A DNA stretch of 64,000 nt from Octopus vulgaris (GCA_951406725.2 OX597831.1:55490001-55554000), one strand, 5' to 3'; numbered from the stretch's first letter, positions 12,216 to 25,430 are shown. Program-made: numbers and translations. Notes: generated by a model from the sequence alone, not told the origin.

Positions 12216-13848
12216 TTCTATATGAACTTTTGAAAATCAGTGTAAACTGTGAAACCGGTTAAAGCTTTAAATATATTAATAAAAAATACTTTAACTATTC
12301 TCAGTGCATTTTCAACTTCTAGTTTCGGAAAATTCACAGGACCCGATATTTGCCCCTTATAATTTTCTGGAAAATGGGTATTTTTTAATGAAATTTTGTA
12401 CAAATACCTTTCAAACGGTGTAGATTACGATTACAAAGAAATTTGTTGGCAAAATTTTTGGAAGGAGGGCAAGTGAGGGAAGTTTCTGGAAACGGAGTTT
12501 CGGATAAGATGGTTCGCATAAGTTGGAATTTCTCCGTTTTGACGGGGATTTTTCCAGTGTTTTTCACCAAAGTCTCCAGGATGGTGGGAGGTATCTTTTC
12601 ACGAAAATAAAAAAAAAAAAGAGAAAAAAATTGTGAAATTTTTTTTCACTCCCACCACTCCAGTCCAAAACGATTTTGACCATTTTTTTTTTCACTACGT
12701 ACTACACCCGGTTTTCGGTTTTAAAAAAAATTGTTAATAATTTCAGAGGAAACTGTGTGATTTAAGGGAGATCTGGCTGTTGTTTCTAACACATCCTCAA
12801 ACCTCCCTCCTCGTTTCTTTCTCACTCATACATCTCATTTCATTTTTTTTTCATTATTTTTCTCCCCATAAACAAATTTTATGGAATGATGATGTCAAAG
12901 TAACACGCGTATAGTCTCAACCTAGCGAAGCTGTGTTATTTGTGTGTAAAAAAAAAGCATACCTAAAAACATCTTTAGTTTTCATATTAATCTATCAAAT
13001 GTAATGTTCTCGTTATTTTGAATTATTCAGCTTCAAGAGGGGTGTCCACAATATTTGCTTGTAACTTTGTAAATTTTTTACATACAGATTTAAAATTTTG
13101 TCAGTGGGTGCTTCATATACCACTGGCTTATAGTTATGTAATTTTAGCTGATCTTGCTGAGTAAATTTGACTTTTATGGGCCCATAAATTTAATTAACAG
13201 GTGTGAAAGCAATGACTTTATGGATAAACACTGAAATTGAAATTCTTAATGCATCTTACCTGTTTGATTTGTTACTAAAATTAGCCCAGATGATAACCGA
13301 CAAGCATTTTGCCACTTTTCAATATGAGGTACGTTAATTTGAATTAATTAAAATACAGGTATAATCGGTACAAGATTTTACTATTTCAGTAAATATTTCG
13401 TACCTCGGTGTGGAATAATTTTTTTTCATAGTTTTTTCAGGTGCATTCAACGTATCTCCAAACCTGCTGCAAGTTACTTTTTTCCGGAAAAGAAATGTGG
13501 GAGGGGTGGTGGGGATCTCGAAGCGATGGTGGGTGGGGTTGGGGTGGGGGACAAAAGCAGACACACAAACATATACATTTGTCCCCCTCACCAACACTTG
13601 ACAACCGATGTTGGTATGTTTATGTCCCCCATAACTTAGCTGTTCGGCAATAGAGACCGATAGAATAAGTACTAGACTTACAAAGAATAAGTCCGGGGTC
13701 GATTTGTTCGACTAAATACGGTGCTCTAGCATGGCCGCAATCAAATGACTGAAACAAATAAAAGAATAAAAGAATAGCTGCAGGTATGGCTGTGTGGCAA
13801 GAAGCTTGGTACACAAGTTTCCGAGTTTAATCTTGTAAGTGGATTTGG

Positions 13849-14263
13849 GGATCTTTTCGGTTTGAACGGCAGTTTTTTAAAATAATTTCTACGGAACTAA
13901 AAAATTTTAAACTTCGTATACTGGTAGAATGTGTTTATAAAACATCTTTTTCTCTTGGCTTTATTGAGAAAATTCTATAGTTTGTAAGATATTTGTTGTT
14001 TTTTTCTTCGATTTCTCCAATTTCAACCAATCAATGACGTCTATTGAGGTAAAAAAAAACATTCTGTGCCGTATGAGTATGTCCCTCGTTTAAGAAACAG
14101 ATTGGGTTTATTTACATTTGTGAAGAAAAAAAAGATACCCTTCCCCCCACCCCTAACCCTAAAACAGATTGAAATGCAATAAATCGATACTAGGGTCATA
14201 ATTATGGGTGACAATTTCATATGACACCGCTAGAAAAAACAGCCGTTCAAACCGAAAAGATCT
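13849..14263. mobile_element. MITE (probable non-autonomous Merlin), copy 2, inserted in a SINE about 465 bp upstream of the transferrin TATA box
   Basis: Same TIRs as 1354-1757; 8-bp TSD GGATTTGG/GGATTTCG. Confidence 0.85.
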
Positions 14264-14708
14264 GGATTTCGTAGACAGAAAGTGAAAGAAGCTCGTCGTA
14301 TATATGTATATATCTATGTGTGCCTATCTTTGTCATCCCCCCCACCCCATTACCGCTTGACTGTCGGTGTTGGTGTGTTTACGTCCTCGTGACTTAGCGG
14401 TTCGGCAAAACAAACCGATTGAATAAGTACTAGACTTTAAAAAAAAAAAGTAAAAAGAAAAGAAGTTCTTGGGTTGATTTGTTTGAATAAATACCTTCAA
14501 GACGGTGCTTCAGCATGGCCGCAGTCAAATGACTTGAAACAAGTAAAAGAATAAAAGGATATATATACATGCGTGTGGGTGTATGTTGCGTCCACTGTTT
14601 TGATTAAATATATTAAGTTATCTAAATTTTCTATTCCGTACATTATAGAGCGTACAAAAATTATGTATCCGTGTGTAGCCCTGACTCTACATGAAAACTA
14701 GCAATCTA

Positions 14709-14763
14709 ATTGGTCCAACGCACTTCATATAAAAACAGCAATCAGATTCAGCAATCTTCAGTC
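14709..14763 (+). promoter_or_regulatory. Core promoter of the transferrin-like gene: ATTGG, TATA box and initiator
   Basis: TATAAAAA at 14728-14735; TCAGTC initiator-like motif at 14758-14763 (A at 14760, 32 nt from TATA start); reverse CCAAT at 14709-14713; ATG 39 nt after the putative start. Confidence 0.65.
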
Positions 14764-14798
14764 TGTTGCTGTTAGTGTTGGCAGCTTAAAATATCACG

Positions 14799-14871
14799 AT
14801 GATCTGGTCGACGGTTTCCTTCAGGTTTGCCCTGATTTTATCAATCTTGTCATGGGCCTCTGCTGTTGAAT
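14799..14871 (+). CDS. Melanotransferrin-like transferrin, exon 1 (signal peptide)
   Basis: MIWSTVSFRFALILSILSWASAVE, a hydrophobic signal with an ASA cleavage motif; donor GTAAGT; phase 1 matches exon 2. Confidence 0.8.
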
Positions 14872-16382
14872 GTAAGTCACCTATTAGATTTTATTTATTG
14901 TTTTTTTATTTTTTCAGCATTACCCCCCCCCCCGCCGCCAATCATTGTTTGTTTAACTCTAGATGAACCTTCATCGAGCGAACAGTGATGAAAGGCGTTC
15001 CAATATGACCCGTCCCGCCTTTATTATTTTTCGGGTACAACATATCTACAACTACATTTATGCAATGTGACTGTCCCCTATTAAGACAGCAGTGTGTGAA
15101 ACGAGGATTTTATGGCTATTTCTAATAGACTAAGTTATCACCTAATTGGGTTACCTGAAATAATTGATTAAAAAACAATAGAGAATTATATATACTCAGA
15201 TATACGAATTTTCGAGTCCTTGAAATTTCTTTTAGTCAAATATATATTCCTTTCCCCTCTTGTTCTTCTCTAGTAATGGGAGGGCCCTTGACCGAAACGT
15301 TTTTAGTTATTTTATCTCAGGTTTTTGGCGCCGAATTTCACAATCACTAAACCCAACAAATTTAAAAATAACCCCCGAGTCATTGAAGGAGCCTCTACAT
15401 GATCGGTCTATCTGCATGAAATTGCTACCAAATTTACTCTCACGACTGGAAGTGTTTTTACAATAGATCTTGTTCGATCAGGACTGATGTCGATCTAAAA
15501 AATAATCTACTTTGTTGGCGCAACTATTAGTCTATATCATTGTTTCTTCTCAAATTTGTGGGACAGTTCTTAAGGAGTGCTACATCACGATCCTGTGAAA
15601 ATTCTATTTCTTGGTAGATTATGCACCTAATTATTTTAAATGTAATTAAATAATTATTTTAATGTATTTCAAGTAATTGTTTTAATGTAATTAACTTCTA
15701 GAGAATACAATTCATAATGGTAAATGGATAATAGAAACAATGGGTCGAAAAAAGTAATAAATAAAAGGATGAATGATATAATTTTGTTTTCTTTTAAATT
15801 TTGCAAATGGCATTTAAACATTAAATTTACATTATATATTTTGACTCTTAGAAATTCGTATGAAACTTTCAAGAATTTAATTCGATACTTATTGGTATGA
15901 ATCCTACGGAAATCATTTAAATTACTCAACCTGGGAATCGATTTTAGCAAAGTAGTTGTTGTTTAATCCCATATTAATCCTGCCCCGGCAGACCTATGAC
16001 CAAAAGCATGACCATCTCGTCTTTTTCGGGTGGGTGGGGGTGAGTCTTATCAATTAAAAGTATTATGTAATCTCTCTTTTTTTTTAAAATTACTTTGTGA
16101 GAAAATCGGTTGTGCTTTGAGAAATTTATCTGCTGTTGCTAGCATTGGTTTTATCTTAGCTCTAAGAAATCCTGACTACTTTACTGCTACTTTTACTACT
16201 ACTACTACCACCACAAGTGTTACTCCTACTTTATAAAAGTGATAATGGTGATTTCAATAATGGTAATTATAGCGGTAATTAATAGTTTTGCTATCAACTG
16301 GTAATGGAAATGACTTAATTGCATAATAGTAATTTCTTTTATTTACCATAGGGGCACAGGGGCAATACAAGAAGGGAATAAA

Positions 16383-16413
<31 letters not shown>

Positions 16414-16876
16414 TGATTGTATCTGTCTAATAATCTTCATGTATTTTTTATTACTCGATTATGAAAAATAAATGCTGCGTTGAAAAACACCGCTAAGTAT
16501 ATAGCTAATGTAAATTATAAACAATGTTTTAGATGCGCGTGTGTGCTGCGTGTAAAAGAATATACCATACAAACACTCATTCAAAATATAGAGCTTGAAT
16601 ATAGCAGAACATAGAAACAACCGCTTTACTTACAAACAGATCTTTATTTAAATCTATTCAGCTATGTAGGAGACTGTGTGGTCGCTCGATTTGGTGGAAA
16701 TAGCAGCCAAATCTAACCTCGAGTCACACCTACCATCTTCAAAAAGGGAGAACACAACAGGTAATGTAATCCAGAAGAAAAGATGGAATAGTCGCGGATG
16801 GAATGTCTTTGATCACAGGCTTGTTCGATGAGAGTTGGTCTGCGGCAGAATCTAACTCTGCTGTTGACGGTGCCTC

Positions 16877-17501
16877 TGAAAGTGTTTGACCCGGGCAAAA
16901 GGGAAAAAAAATAGTGCAATAAGGTGTACAGCATGTAGTAAACGAATATGAAAAAAAATGTGCGCTGGCGAAGGGGTGGGGGTGTGTGGGAGAGGACTCG
17001 GAAAATTCACATCGGGAATGTACCGAGTCTTCTCACCACTTCCCCGTCCGCCGGCGAAATTTTTTTCTCCATATATATTTATTGGGTGTTAACGTTGACT
17101 TTTCGGATCCTGTGAATTTTCCGAATCCTCTCCTCCCCCGTTCGCCAGCGCGTATTTTTTTTTTTTTTTCATTTTTGTGACCGGATGTCGAAGTGGGATT
17201 ACTGGAGCGTGTGGATTATCTGAGTCCGCACCCCACCCACCCTTCGTCATAAAAATTGAAAAAAACAGTGTACTAGGTGTAAAATAATGTGTAGTAAACG
17301 AATATGAAGAAAAAAAAATTTTCGCCGACGGACGGAGAAATGATGAGAGGACTCGGAACATTCCTGATGTGAATTTTTCGAGTTTTCTCTCTCGTCCGCC
17401 CCCCCCCCCCCGTGCACCAGCGCGCATTTTTTTTTCATATTCGTTTACTACATGTACACCTATTGCACAGTTTTTTTTTTTGCTCAGGTCAAACACTTTA
17501 G
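16877..17501. mobile_element. Foldback/MITE-like element with long inverted arms, in intron 1
   Basis: AAAGTGTTTGACC..GTAGTAAACGAATATGAAAAAAAATG recurs inverted at about 17410-17501; internal sub-repeats present. Confidence 0.55.
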
Positions 17502-17508
17502 TGGCACT

Positions 17509-17724
17509 CCCTTTCATTACCAACCCGGCTCTGGCTCTGTAGTACAAATGTCTTGTTTTCATAAGTTTTGAATTAAAATCTTCCACCAAACCTAAGTCAC
17601 AATTTATGTTCCTAACACTAGCTGAATGATAACTAAGTTATTTTACTAAATTCTTTGTTATATTTAAAGTAATTGAAAGAAACACAGAACATCTCAAAAT
17701 AAATACAGTAATGAAAGGGTTAAA
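17509..17724. mobile_element. piggyBac-type MITE
   Basis: TIR CCCTTTCATTAC / GTAATGAAAGGG followed by TTAA; the left TTAA is not preserved. Confidence 0.55.
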
Positions 17725-17855
17725 AAGAGTGGTCCCGGTACGCGCACTCGCGCATCCGCGCTAGCTAATCGTGACTAGTCGATCCTACAACGACTACCTA
17801 TCCTATAACAAATGTTCATAGAAATTCGGTTGAAAGTTATTAGAAGTTATTAGAT

Positions 17856-18056
17856 CAGTGGTTTTCAACCAGGGTTCCGCCAGCACAGTCCAGGGGTTCC
17901 GCAAGAAGTTACAAAACTGCTAAAATCGGCAGTAATTTTTAATTCTCCTGTGCAGATATGTGTGCATAAGACTATTAAATTATTGCACAGGGGTTCCTCG
18001 AGCCAGTGGAATGTTTCCTTGGGGTTCCGCTCCAGCAAAAAGTTTGAAAAGCATTG
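17856..18056. mobile_element. hAT-type MITE nested in another inverted-repeat element (about 17749-18183)
   Basis: TIR CAGTGGTTTTCAA / TTGAAAAGCATTG; perfect 8-bp TSD TATTAGAT. Confidence 0.8.
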
Positions 18057-18329
18057 TATTAGATAAACGTTTGGTACCCCTATCATAACTTGGATTTTTT
18101 TTTTTAAACAATTAGGTTTTTTTTATAGGATAGGTCGTCGTTGTGGGATCGACTAGTCACGACTAGCTAGCGCGGATGCGCGACCACACTTCTTAAATAG
18201 TACCCACTAGTTTGACCGGCAAAGTCTTACATTTGTAGGAATATATTTATAGCATACCTACACAAGTGTTCCCCCACCATCACTTTGTTTTTTCATGACT
18301 TCCAAAAAAAAAAAAAAATTCTTTTCTTT

Positions 18330-18702
18330 ATTCTTTTACTTGTTTCAGTCATTTGACTGCGGCCATGCTGGAGCACCGCCTTTAGTCGAGCAAATCGACC
18401 CCGGGACTTATTCTTTATAAGCCCAGTACTTATTCTATCGGTCTTTTTGCCGAAGCGCTAAGTGACGGGGACGTAAACACACCAGCATCGGTTGTCAAGC
18501 AATGCTAGGGGGACAAACACACATAAACATACATATATACGACAGGCTTCTTTCAGTTTCCGTCTACCAAATCCACTCACAAGGCATTGGTCGGCCCGGG
18601 GCTATAGCAGAAGACACTTGCCCAAGATGCCACGCAGTGGGACTGAACCCGGAACCATGTGGTTGGTTAGCAAGCTACTTACCACACAGCCACTCCTGCG
18701 CC
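18330..18702 (-). mobile_element. tRNA-derived SINE (full length)
   Basis: Minus-strand head GGCGCAGGAGTGGCTGTGTGGTAAG..GGTTCAGTCCC; similar copies at about 19790-20120, 32185-32577, 32870-33285, 35170-35510, 41585-41950 (+) and 61465-61795. Confidence 0.8.
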
Positions 18703-18984
18703 TAAAAATAGATATTTTTAAATGAAATTTTCTACAAATACGCTTCAAATGGTGTACATTCTGGTTATATGGGAATTTGTTGTTAAGAAAATTTTCCTAG
18801 GGATCGGGAGAAGAGTTTCGGAAAAAAACTTTTTTTCACAACAAATTCCTACATAATCGGATTCTACATCATGAAAGTATGTTTGTAGATAATCTCATGA
18901 AAAGATATCCATTTCTCTGTAAGTTATGAGGAAACGAAGTCGGTATGGGATGCACATTTGTGTAGGTATGCTTAAATTATTTTG

Positions 18985-19395
18985 GGATCTTTTCGGTTTG
19001 AACGGCAGTTTTTTCTAGCGGTGTCATATGAAATTGTCACCCATAATTATGACCCTAGTATCGATCTATTGTATTTCAATCTGTTTTAGATTTAGGGTTA
19101 GGGGTGGTGAGAAGGATATCTTTTTTTTTCTTCACAAATGTAAATAAACCCAATCTGTTTCTTAAACGAGGGACATATTCATACGGCACAGAATGTTTTC
19201 ATCTCAATAGACGTCATTGATTGGTTGAAATTGCAGAAATTGAAGGAAAAAAAACCCCAACAAATATCTTACAAACCATAGAATTTTCTCAATAAAGCCA
19301 AGAGAAAAAGATGTTTTATAAACACATTCTACCAGTATACGAAGTTTTAAATTTTTTTTAGTTACCTAGAAATTATGTTCAAACCGAAAAGATCC
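18985..19395. mobile_element. MITE (probable non-autonomous Merlin), copy 3, inverted relative to copies 1 and 2
   Basis: Same TIRs and body in reverse orientation. Confidence 0.8.
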
Positions 19396-21178
19396 CAAGT
19401 TTGAAATCCCTTACATTAGTATGATTTGGTGAGAAAGACTATATCGTATCTGTTGCAATGATTTCCACTCATAATTATTTCAAATAATTCGAGAATGATT
19501 GTTAATCTGTAAAAGTAGTTTTCTCATCATACCTGAAGATATACGAACAAAAGAACAGGTACTGAAAAGCATACATTATCCTACTTAAAATAGTTGTTTA
19601 TTTATTTATTTAAATTTAAATGTGGAAATGTTTTCATTGCAATGTCATTTTGTATGAACAAAATTTTAAGAATTTAGTATTTTTTATGGACAGCCGTTAA
19701 TTTATAGGTTTGTGGTAAAAGGTGAGCCCCCACACACATTTCCGGTTTTTTTTTTTTTGTTAAAAAATTTCATCGGTTTCATTTGTTTTCTCTCTTGTAC
19801 TTTTTTCAGTCATTTGACTGTGGCCATGCTGGAGCACCGCCGTTAGTCGAGCAAATCGACCCCAGAGCTTATTCTGTGTAAGCCTAGTACTTATTCTATC
19901 GGTCTCTTTTGCCGAACTGCTACGTTGCAGGGATGTAAACACAAACATACATACACATATACGACAGGCTTCTTCCAGTTTCCTCCTACCAAATCCACTC
20001 ACAAGGCTTTGGTCGGCCCGAGGCTATAGTAGAAGACGCTTGCCCAAGGTACCACACAGTGGGACTGAACCCATAACCATGTGGTTGGTAAGCAAGCTAC
20101 TTACCACACAGCCACTCCTGATATAGATTACGATTCTTCAAATGATTAGGAATATTAAAATTTTGAATAAACTCCTTCCAAAACAACCTTTCCATAATTG
20201 TATACGTATATATATATATATATATATATGTATATGTATATGTTTGGGTGTGTGGGTGTGTATCTATATGTGTATGTCCCCTAACCACTGCCTGACAACC
20301 AGTATTGGTTTGTTTACATCCCCATAACTTAGAGGTTTGGCAAAAGAGACCAACAGAATAAATACCAAGCTTAAAAATAAGTACTTGGATCAATATGTTT
20401 GACCAAACCCTTTAGGGTTGTACTCCAGCATGGCTGTAGCCCAATGAATGAAACAATTTAAAAATAAAAATATATTGAATAAAATAAGAAAAATAAATGA
20501 TATAAAAAAAACAATGGTTATGTTATGAACTTCATTAGCTTACAGCTGTTTCAGCTATATGATGCAGTGGGCTCTTTGTTAAGTGCCTGAACAATATCCT
20601 ATAGCTTCATTGGAGCTTCAAATATGAAGTGCAATTAATTTCGGAAAATAGAATTAGATTTTTGCAATATACAGAGAAGGCATTACTAGTGAGACACAAT
20701 ACCTAACTGAAATATTAAACAAAATATCTTAATTCTTCATTTGATGAGTAAGAAAATTCAGAATATTTGCCATTATCATCATCATCATCATTTAATGTCT
20801 GTTGTCCATGCTGGTAAGCTGATGGGCTGCACCAGACTCCAGTCTGATTTGACATGGTTTCTACGGCTAGATGCCCTTCCTAACACCAACCAGTCCGAGG
20901 GTGTAATTAAAACTTTCAATCAAAATTTCATGTTAATTTATGTTCCAGACGCTAGCTTAATAATGGCAAAATATTTTACTAAATTCTTCATTTTTTTCAA
21001 GATTAATTGAAATAAGGGCCTTATGATTCAACAGAAATATGGTAACAAAAGGTCTAAGTAGTTAGTAAAAAGTACTTACTAACGGGTCATACTTGATTGT
21101 AAATGACAGCCATAATGTTAGTATCATAGTTGGGGGTAGGTAGTCTTGACAGCTAATACAGACACGATGTATTATATT

Positions 21179-21610
21179 AGTGGCAACCAAACGCATACCC
21201 TCCATCAGACACCTACCATATTCTGAGCGCCTTGTTTCCCTGGGCATGGATTCACTGAAGCTCCGGCGTCTGGCGACGGACTTGGTAAACGCCCACAAAG
21301 TTATCAACCACCTCACCAATAACAACACTGAACACCTTTTTGATCTCCATGTGTCTAACACACGTGGACATGCCTACAAAGTCAGAAAACAACACAGCTC
21401 CCATGACTTTCGGAAACATTTCTTCACGCTCAGAGTTGCTGAAGCATGGAATAAACTGCCTGCGTCAGTTGTTGACTGCCATGACACTGCATCCTTTAAG
21501 GCCCTCATGCTTTCCGAAATCCGTCGAAACTACACCTGATTATATATACACTTTAGATGAGTTGTAGTGCACCTGAGCACTGTACACAATGTTTATTATT
21601 ATTATTATAA
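21179..21610 (+). mobile_element. CR1/L2-clade LINE 3' end
   Basis: YSERLVSLGMDSLKLRRL..DL..TRGHAYK..RKHFFTLRVAEAWNKLP (ORF2 C-terminus) followed by a (TTA)n tail; second fragment at about 42635-42930. Confidence 0.85.
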
Positions 21611-21887
21611 CATGCAGTTGATTCAGAAACAGCAAGACAATTAATTTATTCTTTAAATGACAAATTTATGCATGTGTATATGACACCAGTATCTGCCACG
21701 ACTACAATTTCACTTGGCCCGATGGGCCTTCTACTCAAGCATGGCATATCGCCAAAGGTCTTCGTCATTTGTCATTGCCTCCATGAAGCAATATTGACTG
21801 TCATAAATTGCAGCTTGAGCAATACAAAGCTTGGATTTCGTGATTTACATTTTATATTCACAGTTTCTTCTCTTTTTATATTCACAG

Positions 21888-21970
21888 TTTCAATGTGTGA
21901 AATTGGAAAAGGTAATGAATGTGATAACTTAAAAAAAGATCTTAGCGGTCACACCTTGAAATGTGAAAAG
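21888..21970 (+). CDS. Melanotransferrin-like transferrin, exon 2
   Basis: TTCACAG acceptor and GTAAGA donor; (F)SMCEIGKGNECDNLKKDLSGHTLKCEK supplies the first N-lobe cysteines; phase 1 to 0. Confidence 0.75.
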
Positions 21971-22643
21971 GTAAGATATTTCAATTTACTTGAATTCTTA
22001 TATTTTTGTGTAAATTTTCTATTCAACTGATTGCATTCTCTCAATTGTTAATAAATTTCATTCAGCCTGATAATATAATACTTTATATCTGTGACCCATA
22101 TAAGATTTTACTGTTAAAATTTATGTATAATAAACTGGTTATGCTTCTGCAGCACACACAATATTTAAACAATTTTATACAATTCCTAATAATATATGAT
22201 CATAAAAATATAAGAATTTTTAGACTTAAGACTATGGGGTCCCTTCCTGGGATGAAATAGGAATCAAAGGGATCCATAGGTAAAAGATGGTTGAAAACCC
22301 CTGCTTTATATTAAGTATTTCTGACAACTTACTGATGCCTCTTTTTATTTTTTACCTCTTTCAGTCAATGAACTGTGGCCATACTGGAGTCCCACAGCAG
22401 GGGTCTCCAACCACCAAGTTGTATTGTATATATTGATTTCAAATTTTGTATCAGAGTCAGTAATTTTTGGGGAATGGGGTAAGTTGATTACATTGACCTC
22501 AGAGTTCAACTGGTACTTATTTTATCAGTCCAAAACTATGGAAGGCAAAGTTGAACTCGGGATGTAAAGATGGATGTAATGGCCACTTAAGTATTTTGCC
22601 TGGTGTACTAACGATCCTGCCAGCTCACTACCTTAGTTGTATC

Positions 22644-22684
<41 letters not shown>

Positions 22685-23529
22685 AACCCCCTTTGCTTGC
22701 GAAGACATGTTGGGGCAATCGAAATCGAATTGAACCAGCCAGGATCCCTGGTCTGGTGGTACGTAAAAAGCACTATCCGACTCGTGGCCGATGCCAGCGC
22801 CGCCTCTACTGGCTTCCGTGCCGGTGGCACATAAAATACATCAATCCGACCATGGCCGTTGCCAGCCTCGCCTGGCACCTGTGCAGGTGGCACGTAAAAA
22901 GCACCCACTACACTCACCGAGTGGTTGGCGTTAGGAAGGGCATCCAGCTGTAGAAACATTGCCAGATAAGACTGGAGCCTGGTGCAGCCTTCTGGCTTCC
23001 CAGATCCCCGGTCGGACCGTCCAACCCATGCTAGCATGGAGAACGGATGTTAAACGATGATGATGATGATGATGATATATATAATGTAATAATAAAAGAA
23101 ATAAAATGCATAAATTACTTTCACATTTATATGTAATAATTGAATTATACATCTATTATGCACTTTATTGTGTTTTGCTATGCATGTGATCTCCCAGTCC
23201 TTGGAAAAATTGTCATCCATGAAACTGGTTTGTGAGGCCACTGCTCTACAAAGTCACTTAACTTGCTAGAAATAGCAGCCAAATCTACCTCAAAATACAC
23301 ATTACTGTCATAAATAAAGATAGACTTATTAGACAATGTAGCTCCAGCTACATTGTATGACCCCCCCCACCACCACCACCATACATGGTGTAGTCATTGC
23401 TTGATTACCTTTTGTATAATAAATATCTTAATTCACCCTGTCTGAATAACTTCAGTTCTCTTATTCACTGCTGATTATTTAAAAAAATTTTTTTTTATGT
23501 TTGTATTTGTATCTGTTTTCATTTTCCAG

Positions 23530-23665
23530 GCAGCAAATATCTACCGTTGTATGCAAATGGTAAAGAATGGTGAAGTTGATGTGGTAGGTGTTTCTGATAC
23601 TGATCTCTACCCAGCTGGCAAGTTTCTGAATCTCAAACCATTCCTTCGAGAAGTTTTAGACAATG
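23530..23665 (+). CDS. Melanotransferrin-like transferrin, exon 3
   Basis: TTTCCAG/GTGAGT; AANIYRCMQMVKNGEVDVVGVSDTDLYPAGKFLNLKPFLREVLDN aligns to the transferrin CI.AI..EADAVTLD..Y.A..LKP..E block. Confidence 0.9.
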
Positions 23666-24127
23666 GTGAGTGCTCTTTCCATTGTGTTCTCTCAAAATCA
23701 CTCACAAATGCTTTTCCTACTGTCAGTTTTTTATCATCATCACCATGGTTACTATTATTATCACCATTGTCATTGTCATCACAGTGCTGTGTTATTACCT
23801 ATTTCTATATTACCCACAAGGGGCTAAACACAGAGGGGACAAACAAGGACAAACATAGGTATTAAGTCGATTACATCGACCCCAGTGCGTAACTGGTACT
23901 TAATTTATCGACCCCGAAAGGATGAAAGGCAAAGTCGACCTCGGCGGAATTTGAACTCACAACGTAACGGCAGACGAAATACTGCTAAGCATTTCACCCA
24001 GTGTGCTAACGTTTCTGCCAGCTTGCTGCCTTTATTATCATCGTTTGTGCTGTGTTATTACCATCGTTTGTACATATTGATGCATTGCATGTCATAGATA
24101 TAAATATATGTATATATGTATATATAT

Positions 24128-24575
24128 ATCATCATCATCATCGTTTAACGTCCGCTTTCCATACTAGCATGGGTTGGACGGTTCAACTGGGGTCTGGCAA
24201 GCCTGAAGGCTGCACCAGGCCAGTCAGATCTGGCAGTGTTTCTACAGCTGGATGCCCTTCCTAACGCCAACCACTCCGAGAGTGTAGTGGGTGATTTTAT
24301 GTGCTACCAACACAGGTGCCAGACGAGGCTGGCAGACGGCCACGCTCAGATGGTGTTTTTTATGTGCCACCGACACAGGTGCCAGACGAGGCTGGCAGAC
24401 GGCCACGCTCGGATGGTGTTTTCTTATGTGCCACCGACACAGGTGCCAGACGAGGCTGGCGAACGGCCACGCTCGGATGGTGTTTGTTACGTGCCCACAG
24501 CACAGAGGCCAGTTGATGCGGTACTGGCTACGGTCACGTTCGGATGGTTTTCTTATGTGCCACCGGCACTGGTAC
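24128..24575 (+). repeat. Dispersed repeat with (CAT)n head and internal ~60-bp tandem units
   Basis: Unit TATGTGCCACCGACACAGGTGCCAGACGAGGCTGGC..GGCCACGCTCGGATGGTGTTT repeated about 4 times; family members at about 22750-23075 (-), 60910-61360 and 62460-62720. Confidence 0.75.
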
Positions 24576-24965
24576 CACAAGGATACAAATTCCATATATA
24601 TATGGCACTCCATTGACAAGAGTTCCAGTTGATCCAATCAACGGAACAGCCTGCTTGTGAAAGTAACGTGCAAGTGTCTGAGCACTCCACAGACACATGT
24701 ACGTTTAACATAGTTTTTGGGGAGATTCTGCATGGCACAGAGTGTGACAAGCTTGGCCCTTTGAAATACAGGTACTACAGAAATGGTAAGAAGAGAAAGT
24801 TGTGGTGAAAGAGTACAGCATCATTCGCCACCCCACTTCCCTGCTGGAGCCTCTTGGAATTTTTAGGTGTTTTTGCTCAATAAACACTCACAATGCTCCA
24901 GTCTGGGAATCGAAACTTCGATCCTACAACCGCGAGTCCGCTGCCCTAACCACTGGGTCATTGCA

Positions 24966-25005
<40 letters not shown>

Positions 25006-25430
25006 TTAATCAGCTTAGCACAATATTAAACCAAAGAGGAAAATTCAATTGTCACTAATTGTGACTGGAGGTACTGAATAGTACCTATATTGCGAGAAAT
25101 AAGAGTTAAAACCCTTTAAGCTGCAAAAGCACACGTTTATAGACACTGACAGGGGAGATAACCATCCTGTGAGCAAAGCTGGAAACCCTGGACTAGTTTT
25201 ATCTGTTAATATATTTATCAGCTCCTAGTCTAGTCATGCTTATGTAATGTTAACTCTGTATGTTATATGTATTGACTATTGTTCACACTATCTACTGTTT
25301 TTCTCATTCTCGTACAATTGACATTTTTCTCCGTCTTCAGTATCTTCGATATATTCTTTATTTGTTGCATATCTACTGTTTCCTCTCCACTGCTGTACTT
25401 TTCATTTGCTTCATCTCACCTGTTTTGCAG

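Noticed and set aside
14765-14785. Possible iron-responsive element in the transferrin 5' UTR (TAGTGT loop)
   Set aside because: The loop is UAGUGU rather than CAGUGN, there is no bulged C, and the 5-bp upper stem does not pair.
18630-18702. tRNA-like sequences (also 2409-2480, 40066-40130, 45155-45230)
   Set aside because: They are SINE heads with A/B boxes attached to repeated bodies; I could not fold a complete cloverleaf.
24300-24575. Regular ~60-bp repeats resembling a CRISPR array
   Set aside because: The units are contiguous tandem copies with no unique spacers, belong to a dispersed eukaryotic repeat, and have no cas genes nearby.
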